Of a DNA stretch of 64,000 nt, positions 9,793 through 20,014 are shown in pieces. Positions within the stretch are counted from its first letter, which is position 1. Each line of letters begins with the position of its first letter. The position numbers were made by a program, and so were the translations under genes. The stretch is taken from the NCBI GenBank assembly GCA_965243205.1, contig CBDEUK010000002.1, positions 2,208,001 to 2,272,000 on the forward strand, given 5' to 3'. The notes under the pieces were generated by a model that did no database searches, was not told where the DNA came from, and saw only the letters and a list, made by a program, of their open reading frames with translations. This stretch comes from Gammaproteobacteria bacterium. Its GTDB lineage: Bacteria; Pseudomonadota; Gammaproteobacteria; Eutrophobiales; Eutrophobiaceae.

Positions 9793-11238
9793 ATGCTGAT
9801 GCGTACAACACTAATTTACACTTGTTTAATATATTGCGCGATCTTTACACATAATATTTGGGCTACAGACTTTAAAGTCGAGCCGTATATTAATGTTCAA
9901 GAGATCTTTTCTGACAATATTAATCTTGATGATACCAATAAAGACAGCGATTTTGTAACTGTCTTGCAGCCAGGCTTATATGCGACTAGAGATGGCTCAC
10001 GTTTAAAGGCAAGATTTAATTATGCTCCTGAGTTTATTATTTATGCGGGAGACGCTCAAGACGATGATATTCATAATTTACGGGCCGATGCTATAGCTGA
10101 ATTATGGAAAGATCATTTCTTTCTAGATTTTTCCGCTAATAATGGACAGCAAAATATCAATTCAGGAAATTCATTAGGTGCAGATAACATATCAAATGCG
10201 AATAATCGTGAAGATATTTTTTCTTACCGCATAAATCCTTTTTGGAAACAAAAAATCTCTGACTACGCCAATCTCACGATAGGACATACTTACGATGAGA
10301 TTTTATCTGATATTGGCGATAGTAATTCGAACTTTAGTTATTTAAATATAAAAAATGGCAATCGATTTAAACGTCTCTTATTCGATTTCGAATTTAATAA
10401 TCGTTTTGTTGAAATAGAAGGGACGTCTGATGATATAAGATTTACTAATATTCAAAATAGATTTATTTACCCGGTTACAAGAAATTTTTCTGCTACTGCG
10501 ACGATTGGTTATGATGATGATGACATAGTGCAAGTCTCAGATAGTAGTGGAGTATTATGGTTAGCAGGTTTCATTTGGAAACCATCTAAGCGAACGAGTA
10601 TAGATTTTTCAGCTGGTGAGCGATATTTTGGTTCGGTATTTGATGTTGATGCTGAATACGCGTATAGCAAAACTCAAGTTCGATTTTCTTTTAATCGTTT
10701 CCAACAAACAGCACGTGACGCATTATTAAATACACCTTCAGAAATTTTATATGAAAGAGGTGCATCAGGATTAATCGATGAACAAGGTAACCTTATTGAT
10801 GATAGAACCTTTATAAGTCCTACTGCTCTTGATGCTTCAGTTATTAACCAATCAGGTGAAACTTTTGTTACCAATGAACTTCGTGTCATTGGTATTTACA
10901 CATTAAAAAGAGATATTTTTCAATTGGGTGTGTTTTATGATGATAATGAATCGCGTCAATCTACAAACCAAATAGAAACGTATGGAGCTGATGCTAGTTG
11001 GAATCACAGATTAACAAGAACACTTCAATCAAGATTAAACTTGGTATACCAGAATAGTAATTTAGAAACCGGAGTGCAGACCAATGATTACTTATTGGAT
11101 TTGGTCTTTATCAAAAATGTAACTAAAGATCTAAACTTAGCTTTTGGTTACAGCCATTCAATATTTGAATCTGATAGCACAGTTTTTCCAGAGTTTAGTG
11201 AAAACAGAGTATTTGTAGGGATTAATAAGGTATTTTAG
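9793..11238 (+). CDS. PEP-CTERM system-associated outer-membrane beta-barrel (TIGR03016-like)
   Basis: Signal peptide, FSDNINL...DFVT...PG, WKPSKRT, GERYFG, C-terminal ENRVFVGINKVF; operon position. Confidence 0.8.
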   Translation: MLMRTTLIYTCLIYCAIFTHNIWATDFKVEPYINVQEIFSDNINLDDTNKDSDFVTVLQPGLYATRDGSRLKARFNYAPEFIIYAGDAQDDDIHNLRADAIAELWKDHFFLDFSANNGQQNINSGNSLGADNISNANNREDIFSYRINPFWKQKISDYANLTIGHTYDEILSDIGDSNSNFSYLNIKNGNRFKRLLFDFEFNNRFVEIEGTSDDIRFTNIQNRFIYPVTRNFSATATIGYDDDDIVQVSDSSGVLWLAGFIWKPSKRTSIDFSAGERYFGSVFDVDAEYAYSKTQVRFSFNRFQQTARDALLNTPSEILYERGASGLIDEQGNLIDDRTFISPTALDASVINQSGETFVTNELRVIGIYTLKRDIFQLGVFYDDNESRQSTNQIETYGADASWNHRLTRTLQSRLNLVYQNSNLETGVQTNDYLLDLVFIKNVTKDLNLAFGYSHSIFESDSTVFPEFSENRVFVGINKVF

Positions 11239-11244
11239 AGAATC

Positions 11245-12288
11245 ATGTACGAAGAATTTTATAATCTAACAGCTAACCCATTTAAATTAAATACAGACCC
11301 CGAGTTTTTCTTTAATAGTAATACTCATAAAAGAGCTCTAGCTTATTTACGTTATGGTATTAAGCAAGAAGAAGGGTTTATTGTAATAACAGGTGATGTA
11401 GGTACTGGCAAATCGACCTTAGTAAGTCGGTTATTTCAGTCACTAGATACATCCAATATGGTTGTTGCGAAAATTGTAAATACTCAGTTAGGAGCTGAGG
11501 ACTTACTACAAATGGTATCTGCTGAATTCCAATTGGAATATAAAGATCTTACAAAAACTGAACTTTTAAAAAATCTTGAGTCCTTTTTTATAGAAACGTA
11601 TAAAAAAGGAATGCGTTTACTTTTAGTTATTGATGAGGCACAAAATTTAGCGCCTAAGGCGATTGAAGAATTACGCATGCTCTCCAATATCACCTACGAT
11701 GGTAATCAGTTACTACAAAGTTTTCTGCTTGGGCAAAAAGAATTTAGGGCCACAATGCGAATGCAAGGGTTTGAACAATTACGTCAACGTGTAACGGCTT
11801 CTTACCATTTACGCCCACTTGATCCAAACGAAATAAAAGACTATGTACTTCATCGATTAAAAGTAGTTGGTTGGGATAACAATCCTCAGTTTGATGATGA
11901 AGTATTTGATGAGATACATAAATTTACAAAAGGTATTCCACGCAAAACTAATTTACTTTGTGATCGAATCATGCTTTTTGCTGGGTTGGAGCAAATAGAG
12001 CACATAACGTATGAAATTTTACAATCTGTGTTATCTGACGTAGAAGATGAATTTTGGAATGCTGATACAAATGCAGTAGATTTTAATTTCAGTGACGATG
12101 GTCTAGCTTCATCATCGCCGGCAAGTTCCAATATGGTTTCAACTCATGTGGCGAGTTCTTCTAATATTACACTAGACGATATTTATAGAAGAATTAGTAT
12201 CCTTGATAATTCTATGGAATCCTTAAATGAGATCCTTAAAACTGAATTAAAAGGTATTCGTCGCGCACTTAATATTAAGAAAAAATAG
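11245..12288 (+). CDS. XrtA/PEP-CTERM-associated ExeA-like AAA ATPase (TIGR03015-like)
   Basis: MYEEFYNLTANPF, Walker A GDVGTGKST, Walker B LVIDEAQNL, QLRQRV, GIPRKTN. Confidence 0.88.
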   Translation: MYEEFYNLTANPFKLNTDPEFFFNSNTHKRALAYLRYGIKQEEGFIVITGDVGTGKSTLVSRLFQSLDTSNMVVAKIVNTQLGAEDLLQMVSAEFQLEYKDLTKTELLKNLESFFIETYKKGMRLLLVIDEAQNLAPKAIEELRMLSNITYDGNQLLQSFLLGQKEFRATMRMQGFEQLRQRVTASYHLRPLDPNEIKDYVLHRLKVVGWDNNPQFDDEVFDEIHKFTKGIPRKTNLLCDRIMLFAGLEQIEHITYEILQSVLSDVEDEFWNADTNAVDFNFSDDGLASSSPASSNMVSTHVASSSNITLDDIYRRISILDNSMESLNEILKTELKGIRRALNIKKK

Positions 12289-12300
12289 CTTTAACTATAT

Positions 12301-12316
12301 TGTGATAAAGTTCACA
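12301..12316. promoter_or_regulatory. CRP-type site
   Basis: Perfect TGTGA-N6-TCACA (TGTGATAAAGTTCACA), about 200 bp upstream of the 12518 ORF. Confidence 0.6.
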
Positions 12317-12517
12317 TAATTAATCCATATTTTTTATTTATTTGCATTGAAATCGTAATGCTTATGTAAAAAAGTGATCCACTTCAAGAATTTTCAAATC
12401 CAAAGTTAGTTTTCTTTTTACTTAAAGATAGATTATCCGCTAAATTTTATATAAGAAATTGAAATATTAATTTCTATATAAAAAACACTCGTATTATAAA
12501 TTCTAGGATATAAAAAA

Positions 12518-14587
12518 ATGAACTTAATTCATAATATTGTCTTATTTTCAGGATTTCTATTAGCTTTTAATGTCGTGAATGCCACGACAATTTATAAATG
12601 TAAGAGCCCTAATGGTTCGTTGAGCTATAGTCAATCTCCATGCTCAAATGGAGATACTTTGGTTAAAAGCAAGGATCTCTCTAAGCGATTAGGTAAGAAT
12701 GCTGAGAAGGCAAAAAAACGTTTGGAAAAGATATTAAAACGAAAGAATAATAAACTTAAAAAAAGACAAGAACGAAAAGAAAAGCGATTAGCTAAAAGAG
12801 CTGAAAGAAATAATAATGATGCTAGTCTTGGTTCAAACAATTCCAATAATTTATCAAATCAATTGGCTGATGCTAGTTCAGGTTCAAGTGGAGTAAACGC
12901 TAGTAACATCTCGATAGATAATAGTAATCAAGAAGAACCTTCAGAAGAAAATTTATCTGAACCAAAACGTTCCGATGTTTCTTTACCTCTTCAAGAGGTT
13001 ACGGAAGAAGCACCAGAAGTTCCTGTAACAACGGCTGATAACCAAGACACCGAGGCTCCAAGTTCTGGTGGAGGTAGTCCTAATGCAAGCTCAACTGAAA
13101 CGACTGTAAATGTTGGCGAATTATATGGTCCAATCGAATTTAAAATAATTAGTTGGCCACTAACCAAAGCTTATCCTGGATTGGAATACAATATCCGAAT
13201 GGGTGTTATAGGTGGGCAATATCCTTATCGTTATGAATTAGAGCAGTCACCTTCAGGTATGACAATTAATAATTATACTGGTGAGATAGCTTGGACACCG
13301 GATGCATCACTTGAAGATACTAGTGCTAATGTTAGTGTTATTGTTACAGATTCAACTGATGGGAAAATTAAACAAAATTTCAATATTAATGTCACTAAAG
13401 CCGGTTTCTATTTCGTTTCACCTAATGGAAATGATTCTTCAGGAAACGGAAGTATTGGTAAGCCATGGAAAACTATGGATACAGCCATTTCTCGTGCAGG
13501 AAGCGATGGTATTGTTTATTTGCGTGGTGGTTTATATAAAGGTGCTTTTACTCTAAAGAGCTCTGATTCGAATAAATGGATTGCATATCCAGGCGAAAAA
13601 CCTGTACTAGATTTGGATTTATCTACTTTAAGACCAGCTTCTGATTTTGGCTATATAGATGGGTTAGAAATAATAAATGCTCAAAGATGGGCTTTTTGTT
13701 TTACAGGTGAAGATAATTGGATTTTTAGAAGAAATCATATGCATCATTTATATGATGATTCAGATCGTGAAAACCCATCATTTATTTTCTTTTGGAACGA
13801 AGGTGGATCTCAAAATAGAGCTCACCAAAATATCGTAATACAAGATAATCTTTTTCATGATTTATATGATGAAGATCATCATCATGGTGGTTCAGTCATT
13901 ATGTATGATGTGTATCAATCACTTTATGAAGATAATGAAGCCTATAGTATTCATGGCGCAGGCGCTAAAGATAAAGATCATGGACAGTTCAATACATTTC
14001 GCGGTAATTATTTATATAATAATTCTACAGAAGCGTTTGCGATACAAAATCAAGGGTATAGCAATAATATAGAAATTTTATATAACGTATTTCATGGAAC
14101 AGTTATGTTTGGACAAGTAGAAGCTGAATTAAGTTATGTTCTATTTAGACATAATACGCTTAAAGGACAAATCATGCATAAGAATGCTAATCCTGTTGGC
14201 ACTGATAAAACTATTGTCATAATTGATAATATTATTTCTATGAAGAAAGCGGATGTATCATTAATTGAGGACCGAGCTGATGAGTATACTTATGAGGCAA
14301 TACCTTACTTATGTTGTGACGAAGCAGATGAAAAAGGTTTCACTAGTTCCGTTCTTTATAGGAATAGAAATTTAATTGATTTTGAGACAACATACATTGC
14401 TGGTTATGGTTATGGAAAAAATAGAACATTGGCAGAATGGCAAGCTTTGGGTTTCGATATAGACAGTATCTTTGCAGATCCACAGTTCAACGATGAAGGG
14501 TCTAGAGATTTCAGACCTAAATCATCTTCACCAGCATGTGGAAAAGCTCATGATGGCGGTGATATTGGAGCCTTACCTTGTCTTTAA
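12518..14587 (+). CDS. Secreted multidomain protein: DUF4124-like N-terminus, basic and acidic linkers, Ig/cadherin-like domain, right-handed beta-helix (polysaccharide lyase-like)
   Basis: Signal peptide; IYKCK..G..SYSQSPC; PSGMTIN..TGEIAWTP; YFVSPNGNDS.GNGSIGKPWKT...VYLRGGLY; repeated N-x-F/Y-H beta-helix turns; ADPQF...DFRP.SSSPA...DIGA C-terminus. Confidence 0.7.
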   Translation: MNLIHNIVLFSGFLLAFNVVNATTIYKCKSPNGSLSYSQSPCSNGDTLVKSKDLSKRLGKNAEKAKKRLEKILKRKNNKLKKRQERKEKRLAKRAERNNNDASLGSNNSNNLSNQLADASSGSSGVNASNISIDNSNQEEPSEENLSEPKRSDVSLPLQEVTEEAPEVPVTTADNQDTEAPSSGGGSPNASSTETTVNVGELYGPIEFKIISWPLTKAYPGLEYNIRMGVIGGQYPYRYELEQSPSGMTINNYTGEIAWTPDASLEDTSANVSVIVTDSTDGKIKQNFNINVTKAGFYFVSPNGNDSSGNGSIGKPWKTMDTAISRAGSDGIVYLRGGLYKGAFTLKSSDSNKWIAYPGEKPVLDLDLSTLRPASDFGYIDGLEIINAQRWAFCFTGEDNWIFRRNHMHHLYDDSDRENPSFIFFWNEGGSQNRAHQNIVIQDNLFHDLYDEDHHHGGSVIMYDVYQSLYEDNEAYSIHGAGAKDKDHGQFNTFRGNYLYNNSTEAFAIQNQGYSNNIEILYNVFHGTVMFGQVEAELSYVLFRHNTLKGQIMHKNANPVGTDKTIVIIDNIISMKKADVSLIEDRADEYTYEAIPYLCCDEADEKGFTSSVLYRNRNLIDFETTYIAGYGYGKNRTLAEWQALGFDIDSIFADPQFNDEGSRDFRPKSSSPACGKAHDGGDIGALPCL

Positions 14588-14630
14588 ACTAAAAAACATA
14601 GGAATATAAATGTACAAGGAAGTACATTAT

Positions 14631-15758
14631 TTATGAAATTAATCGCTTAATAGATTTAAGTACGCTTTCTATTTTAAATGTGAGTTTGGGTCTTTTTAAT
14701 TTTGCCCATACTAAATCTATTTCTGAATTAGCAAACGATTTTTTATATTCTTCACCACCAGCTAAGAAATCATAAGAGTCAATATTATTTTTCCAGTAAT
14801 ATTCAATTGCAAGCCAATGAGCAATAAAGCCAGGTTTAAATTTATTATCTTCTAAGTAATTAAAACCAGATTGAATATTATAGACCTTATTTTTATAGAC
14901 TAAATTATATAAATAACCGATTGTAAAATCGCCAGCGGTTATCTTCAGAATATCTACTTGATTGTTGCTTATTTCATTTTTAATAAGATCTATATTGAAG
15001 TTTACCCAATTATTATTAGCAAAAGCTCCCGGCAATCCTTTTTTTTGCCAATATTCAGTATGGAGTTCTTTCATCCTTTCAAAATAATCTATAGCTTCTT
15101 GCTGATTACTTGCAGATGAAATAGTGATTTCATCATATAGTTTTTCTATGTACTTAATCGAACGATTAATCTGAGAACGTTTATTACTACTTAGTAAAGA
15201 CTGTTTAAGTTCTTTTGATGAATTATATTTGCCTTGCTCTAATTGAGCTTGTCTCGAAACTCCTGTATCGACAATTTCAAACTCAAGTCCGATTTTATCC
15301 TGTATTAATTTAAATTTTTCAGATTCTACAGCATTAAAAACTATTTCATCCCATGACTTATTTAATTCTAGAAAATTAGTAAATAGTTTAGTGACAGGTA
15401 ATTCATAACCAGGTGCTATTAATATTTGATTATATTCAATCACCATATTTAAACGATTTGCACAAATCTCGTTTAAAAATACTTGCCTTGAAGTTACAAA
15501 TTTATGACGTTTTTCTTTGTGTAATATTAAAAAAACTGCGGCGACTATTTTTTCATTCTCATAAACGAGAAATAAATTGGTATTAACTTTATCATGTATT
15601 AATTTTAGCCACGGTCCAATCCAAATCCAACTTACAAACACATTATTATTTTCTGGATTAACTTGATCCCAATATGCTTTAGCATCTTCATAGCTTGGAT
15701 TTTCCACTAAAACGCCAACAAGATTCTCTTGTTCAATTCTTTTATGTTCAAAATTCAT
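14631..15758 (-). CDS. GNAT-family (CelD/BcsL-like) acyltransferase
   Basis: FVSWIWI..W, RSQINRS, YNIQSGF, KPGFIAH, YDFLAGGEEYKKS. Confidence 0.78.
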   Translation of the reverse strand: MNFEHKRIEQENLVGVLVENPSYEDAKAYWDQVNPENNNVFVSWIWIGPWLKLIHDKVNTNLFLVYENEKIVAAVFLILHKEKRHKFVTSRQVFLNEICANRLNMVIEYNQILIAPGYELPVTKLFTNFLELNKSWDEIVFNAVESEKFKLIQDKIGLEFEIVDTGVSRQAQLEQGKYNSSKELKQSLLSSNKRSQINRSIKYIEKLYDEITISSASNQQEAIDYFERMKELHTEYWQKKGLPGAFANNNWVNFNIDLIKNEISNNQVDILKITAGDFTIGYLYNLVYKNKVYNIQSGFNYLEDNKFKPGFIAHWLAIEYYWKNNIDSYDFLAGGEEYKKSFANSEIDLVWAKLKRPKLTFKIESVLKSIKRLIS

Positions 15759-15770
15759 ACGTAAATAATT

Positions 15771-17177
15771 TTAAGGGATGTTTTTTACTATAGAAGGGCC
15801 AATTGTATTGCTAATAATTAAAGGTAATTTTTTCCAGGTTGAAATTAGTAATTTATATTTTGCATTGTTTGGGTTTATTTCAGGCAATTCTTCTCCTTTT
15901 GGCAGCCAATAATTCCAATAGTTTTGAAAAGGTTCAGCTCCCCATTGTTTTTTGAAATTAAAAGTACCGCTATGTTTGCTTGAACGTCCGAAATCAAAAA
16001 ACTCATAATTATTTTCAATGGCAAAATTGAGTATGTTCCAATACATGAACATATTTATACCCGAACGGTTCGTCTTTTTTAAAGCAGAGGCCCAAGGTAT
16101 CTCTAACATCTCTTTATAACCTAATAATAGGGCGCATGCTACTGCTTCTTGATTAATGTAGACAACTACAATATGAGTTTTTTCATACCATGCATCCAGA
16201 ACTCGAAAAAAAAATTCTTTGCTGTAGACAGGAGTGCCTAAATCACGCATATTGGTTGAAAAGACTTTATAAAAATCATGAATTAATTCTTGTTTGCCTA
16301 TTTTTATTTGAGGCTGTTCGATTTTACTGCGTTGAATCTGAGCACGTAATTTAGTTCCTAATTCTTTAGAAAAAGTTTCAGTAGATTTAGGTAATCTACG
16401 TATCATTGAGACTTTCTCTTGTTTGGTAATCAAGTCAGTACGTTTTTTAAGTTCTCTAATTTCAATATGCTCAAGGTTTAAGGCTTGAGCTGTTTCTATT
16501 GCAGAATCAACTAAGCGAGTTTCGATTTCCTTATTATCTGCTATTGGACCTCCATAATTAAAATATGGCATAGAAACGACAAAATCGCCAAACAGCATAC
16601 TTTTAAGCCTGATTAAAGGTAAATAACCTTTCAATTGATTACTTTGATTGATAGCTACAATCGACATATCTTCATGCCTAAATAAAGAAGATATTAATCT
16701 CCGCCAGCATGAAAAATGATATGGCGTAGAATGAGAATGGTTTTCCACATAATCATCAATAACAGAGTCTTCTATCTTATCAGCAGGGATAATATTTATA
16801 GCTGTTAAAGTATCTAATAATGAAGTGTCTTCGGCAGCAGTGAATCTTGTAGGCAAAGGATTTTTTAATTCAAGATTTTCAAATAAGTTTTTTATTAAAT
16901 TTTCTTGATTCGATTTTTTTTCTTTTAGTGTATTTAGATTCTTTTTAATCGAAGATTGTTCATCGATTATATGTTTAAAGTCTTTTCCTTCTTTTTTTAG
17001 CTTGCCTATTTTTGATGATAATATTTTTTTGTTTTCATTTAGTTTTTTAATATCATCGATAATAGTTTGTAAGATATTTAATTCTAATTCTAATGATTGA
17101 GGTATTTCGTCAAACTCTTGCCATATGACGAGAAGATTGTTGCCTATGTTTTTGAGAAGTTTTTCATGAGCCTGCAT
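15771..17177 (-). CDS. FemAB-family XrtA/PEP-CTERM-associated protein (TIGR03019-like) with an extra N-terminal coiled-coil arm
   Basis: LFGDFVVSMPYFNYGGP, KLRAQI, NMRDLGTPVY, FDFGRS...GTFNFKKQWGA, NPNNAKY..I..WKKLP; extra ~110 aa at the N-terminus. Confidence 0.88.
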   Translation of the reverse strand: MQAHEKLLKNIGNNLLVIWQEFDEIPQSLELELNILQTIIDDIKKLNENKKILSSKIGKLKKEGKDFKHIIDEQSSIKKNLNTLKEKKSNQENLIKNLFENLELKNPLPTRFTAAEDTSLLDTLTAINIIPADKIEDSVIDDYVENHSHSTPYHFSCWRRLISSLFRHEDMSIVAINQSNQLKGYLPLIRLKSMLFGDFVVSMPYFNYGGPIADNKEIETRLVDSAIETAQALNLEHIEIRELKKRTDLITKQEKVSMIRRLPKSTETFSKELGTKLRAQIQRSKIEQPQIKIGKQELIHDFYKVFSTNMRDLGTPVYSKEFFFRVLDAWYEKTHIVVVYINQEAVACALLLGYKEMLEIPWASALKKTNRSGINMFMYWNILNFAIENNYEFFDFGRSSKHSGTFNFKKQWGAEPFQNYWNYWLPKGEELPEINPNNAKYKLLISTWKKLPLIISNTIGPSIVKNIP

Positions 17178-18067
17178 TATGCCACTAACTCATTTATATT
17201 AATTGTCGGCCCATTAAAATTACTCAAAGCATCACTCACATAGGTGAATTGAAAATCATTTGTTAAATTATCTAATCTATGCATGCATTTTTCTAAATTG
17301 TTATAGTGGCGAAACCTCGATAATAAACTGGCGCCTTCAACACGTGGTTGCTCAGGATCCACTTCCCAAGGATGGAGATAAAAGATAGCAGGATTATTTT
17401 TGCTGGCGTTCTTAAGTAAAGTACGTGATAACCAATAAGGAAATAACCGAAAATAACCACCACCAGCAGCAGGCAATTTAAAACCCATAAATTTTGCTGT
17501 GGTTAGAGGAAGCTCTTTTATAAGTTTGCCATTGGATGTTTTTATATAGTAAGGGGTTGTGGGGCTTGTCGGTATACCATATTTATCATGATGAATAGGG
17601 AATATACTGGAATCCCATTCATAGCCTGCATCAGCCAATATATCCAGAGCCCATAGTGATTTTGGAGTGATGGAATACGAAGCTGCCCGATATCCAGTAA
17701 CAGGTTTTTGGATAATATCTTCTAATAACTGCTTAGATTTGATGGCTTCTTCTTTAAAGACTTCTTGAGTTTGTTTATAAATTATCTGATGGCTGTAACC
17801 ATGAGAAGCAATTTCATGTCCTGAGTCAGCAATAAATTTGACTAAATTTGGGTAGCGTTCGGCTACCCATCCTAGAATAAAAAAAGTGGCGGTGAGATTT
17901 TTTTTCTCAAATAAATTGAGTAGAGTTTCAGTATTATTTTCAACTCGGGTTTCATAGTTTGGCCAATCACTAGGATCAATGGCATTTTCAAAGGCAGCAA
18001 CGTGAAAATAGTCTTCTACATCTACCGTCATTGCACATGGGTGGCTAAATTGCTGTGTCTTGTTCAC
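17177..18067 (-). CDS. XrtA-system polysaccharide deacetylase (TIGR03006/DUF3473-like)
   Basis: TVDVEDYFHV, ATFFILGWVAER, HEIASHGYSH, GYRA.SYSI, GGGYFRL, FYLHPWEVDP. Confidence 0.92.
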   Translation of the reverse strand: MNKTQQFSHPCAMTVDVEDYFHVAAFENAIDPSDWPNYETRVENNTETLLNLFEKKNLTATFFILGWVAERYPNLVKFIADSGHEIASHGYSHQIIYKQTQEVFKEEAIKSKQLLEDIIQKPVTGYRAASYSITPKSLWALDILADAGYEWDSSIFPIHHDKYGIPTSPTTPYYIKTSNGKLIKELPLTTAKFMGFKLPAAGGGYFRLFPYWLSRTLLKNASKNNPAIFYLHPWEVDPEQPRVEGASLLSRFRHYNNLEKCMHRLDNLTNDFQFTYVSDALSNFNGPTININELVA

Positions 18068-18149
18068 TGTATGAATTATTAGAAACTAGTTAGTGTGGGT
18101 TAGAGTTAAATAAAAATTGTAACATTTCTCATGTTGTTTGTGCCAAAGA

Positions 18150-18164
18150 GCAAGTTTGGTGCCA
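18150..18164 (-). promoter_or_regulatory. sigma54 promoter of the deacetylase-FemAB-GNAT operon
   Basis: Minus strand reads TGGCAC-CAAAC-TTGC, a perfect -24/-12 consensus about 85 bp upstream of the start codon. Confidence 0.75.
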
Positions 18165-18510
18165 AAGATACGATAAAACAATGTTCATGAAATTTTGAGT
18201 ACAAGTCTTGCATTGGCTAGGCAGAAATTAAGAATTTAATCTAAAATTACTTTATGAATAGTTAATATTAGCCCATTAAATTAGTGTAATAAGAAAAGAC
18301 TCCTACTATTTTGCTCAATATATGTCGTTTATTAAAGACATTTAAGCGTCAAGATAATTTAAGTGTAAATACATATATTTAACTGAAAAGTTAGATGAAA
18401 ATGAATCTTCTTTCAGTTATGTTGAATGTTTCGGCCTGTGGAAACTATGCAGCCTGATTCTTCCAGGATTTAAAGCCAAAGATAAAAATTAGAAAAACTT
18501 AGAAAGTTTA

Positions 18511-19992
18511 ATGACCAATCAAGATAACAAAGATAACACAATCGAAACCAGCGTAGATACATATACCAGTAAAGCGGTTTCAGGTTTCAAATGGATGGCT
18601 TCTACTACAATAGTCTGGCAGCTGGTAAGTTGGTTTTTTACCATTTTAACGGCTCGAATTTTAGACCCAACTGACTATGGTATTTTTGCACTTGCAGAAA
18701 CTCTATTGCCTTATTTACTAATGATATCGGTATTAAGTATACCTTCTTGGTACATTCAAGCTGAAAAGGTTGATAAAAATACTGAAAAGACGATTTTTAC
18801 CTTTATGTTTTTGACAGGGTCGCTGATTGCTGCTTTTGGATATTTTATAGCGCCTTTTTTGGGAGAGTTTTATGGGAATGATGAAATAGTTCTGCCTATA
18901 AAAATATTAAGCTTGATGTTTATTTTTAATGCTTTTCATAAGCTACCGATGGCGCAATTAGAAAGAGAGTTTAAATTTAAAGCGATATCTCTAATGAAGT
19001 TGTGGGTCGGTATCAGCAGAGTAATTTTAGTCTACATATTAGCAGTTTGTGATTTTGGCTATTGGGCATTAGTCATTGGTGTGTGCTATAACCAAATCGG
19101 ATTAACTATTTGGTTGATGTGTCTCAAGGGATTACCTCCCGGTTTTGGATGGGATAAAGATTTAATCAAAAGAGTTATAAATTTTGGAACTGCTGCAACA
19201 GGAGCCGAGGTACTACATGTTATATTTTCAACGGCTGACGATGTACTGATTGGTAAATTCTTAGGAACGGAAGCTTTAGGCTATTATTTTATGGCATTTT
19301 ACATAATGGATATGCCTCTTGCTAAATTTAATGAGTTAACTAGACCAATCTTGTTTTCTTATTTTAGTAAGATCCGAGGTTACGACGATGAACTTAAAAA
19401 TATATTTCTTAATGTTACAAAATCTGGTTTATGGTTAATCTTTCCTATTTTAGCTGGCATGGCATTAGTAGCAGATGAGTTAGTGCTAATTGTCTTTGGC
19501 GAAAAATGGATGCCAATGGTAATACCTTTAGTTTTTTTAAGTCTTGCAGGTTTATTTAGGGCTTATACAGATTATATACCGCCATTATTTCTTGCTCTTG
19601 GAAGACCTCAAATGGAATTAATAATTAACGTAATTACCGCGATTATATTACCGTTGTCTTTTCTTATTGGGGTAATAAATTATGGATTGCAAGGAGTACT
19701 TTGGGCTTGGATTCTCGTGTATCCATTTGTTTGTTTTATGAGAATGAGAGGATTGAGCCAGCTGACTATTATTACTGAACTAATGTATTTGAAAAATCTT
19801 AAAATTCCTTTTGTGACAACATCTGTAATGGCAATTGGTATTTTGTCTATGGAGCTGTTAATTCCAGATAATTTAGATATCATAGTTGTTCTTTCAATGA
19901 AAGTTGTAACGGGTATTTTGGTCTATATGGCGGCAACATATTTTCTATTTAAAGAAGAAATATTGAAGGCTATTAGGTTATTACGACAATAG
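18511..19992 (+). CDS. Wzx-type polysaccharide flippase (MOP superfamily)
   Basis: ARILDPTDYGIFA, IGKFLGTEALGYY, FGEKWMP; about 12-14 hydrophobic segments. Confidence 0.88.
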   Translation: MTNQDNKDNTIETSVDTYTSKAVSGFKWMASTTIVWQLVSWFFTILTARILDPTDYGIFALAETLLPYLLMISVLSIPSWYIQAEKVDKNTEKTIFTFMFLTGSLIAAFGYFIAPFLGEFYGNDEIVLPIKILSLMFIFNAFHKLPMAQLEREFKFKAISLMKLWVGISRVILVYILAVCDFGYWALVIGVCYNQIGLTIWLMCLKGLPPGFGWDKDLIKRVINFGTAATGAEVLHVIFSTADDVLIGKFLGTEALGYYFMAFYIMDMPLAKFNELTRPILFSYFSKIRGYDDELKNIFLNVTKSGLWLIFPILAGMALVADELVLIVFGEKWMPMVIPLVFLSLAGLFRAYTDYIPPLFLALGRPQMELIINVITAIILPLSFLIGVINYGLQGVLWAWILVYPFVCFMRMRGLSQLTIITELMYLKNLKIPFVTTSVMAIGILSMELLIPDNLDIIVVLSMKVVTGILVYMAATYFLFKEEILKAIRLLRQ

Positions 19993-20014
19993 TGTTGGGA
20001 AACAGGAAAGCTAA

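Noticed and set aside
18131-18168. Second TTTGGCAC copy next to the sigma54 promoter
   Set aside because: The downstream copy has no -12 TTGC element, so it is not called as a second promoter.
18396-18480. Possible c-di-GMP riboswitch or leader peptide upstream of the flippase
   Set aside because: The GEMM core motifs are not in the right arrangement, and the 20-codon ORF has no independent support.
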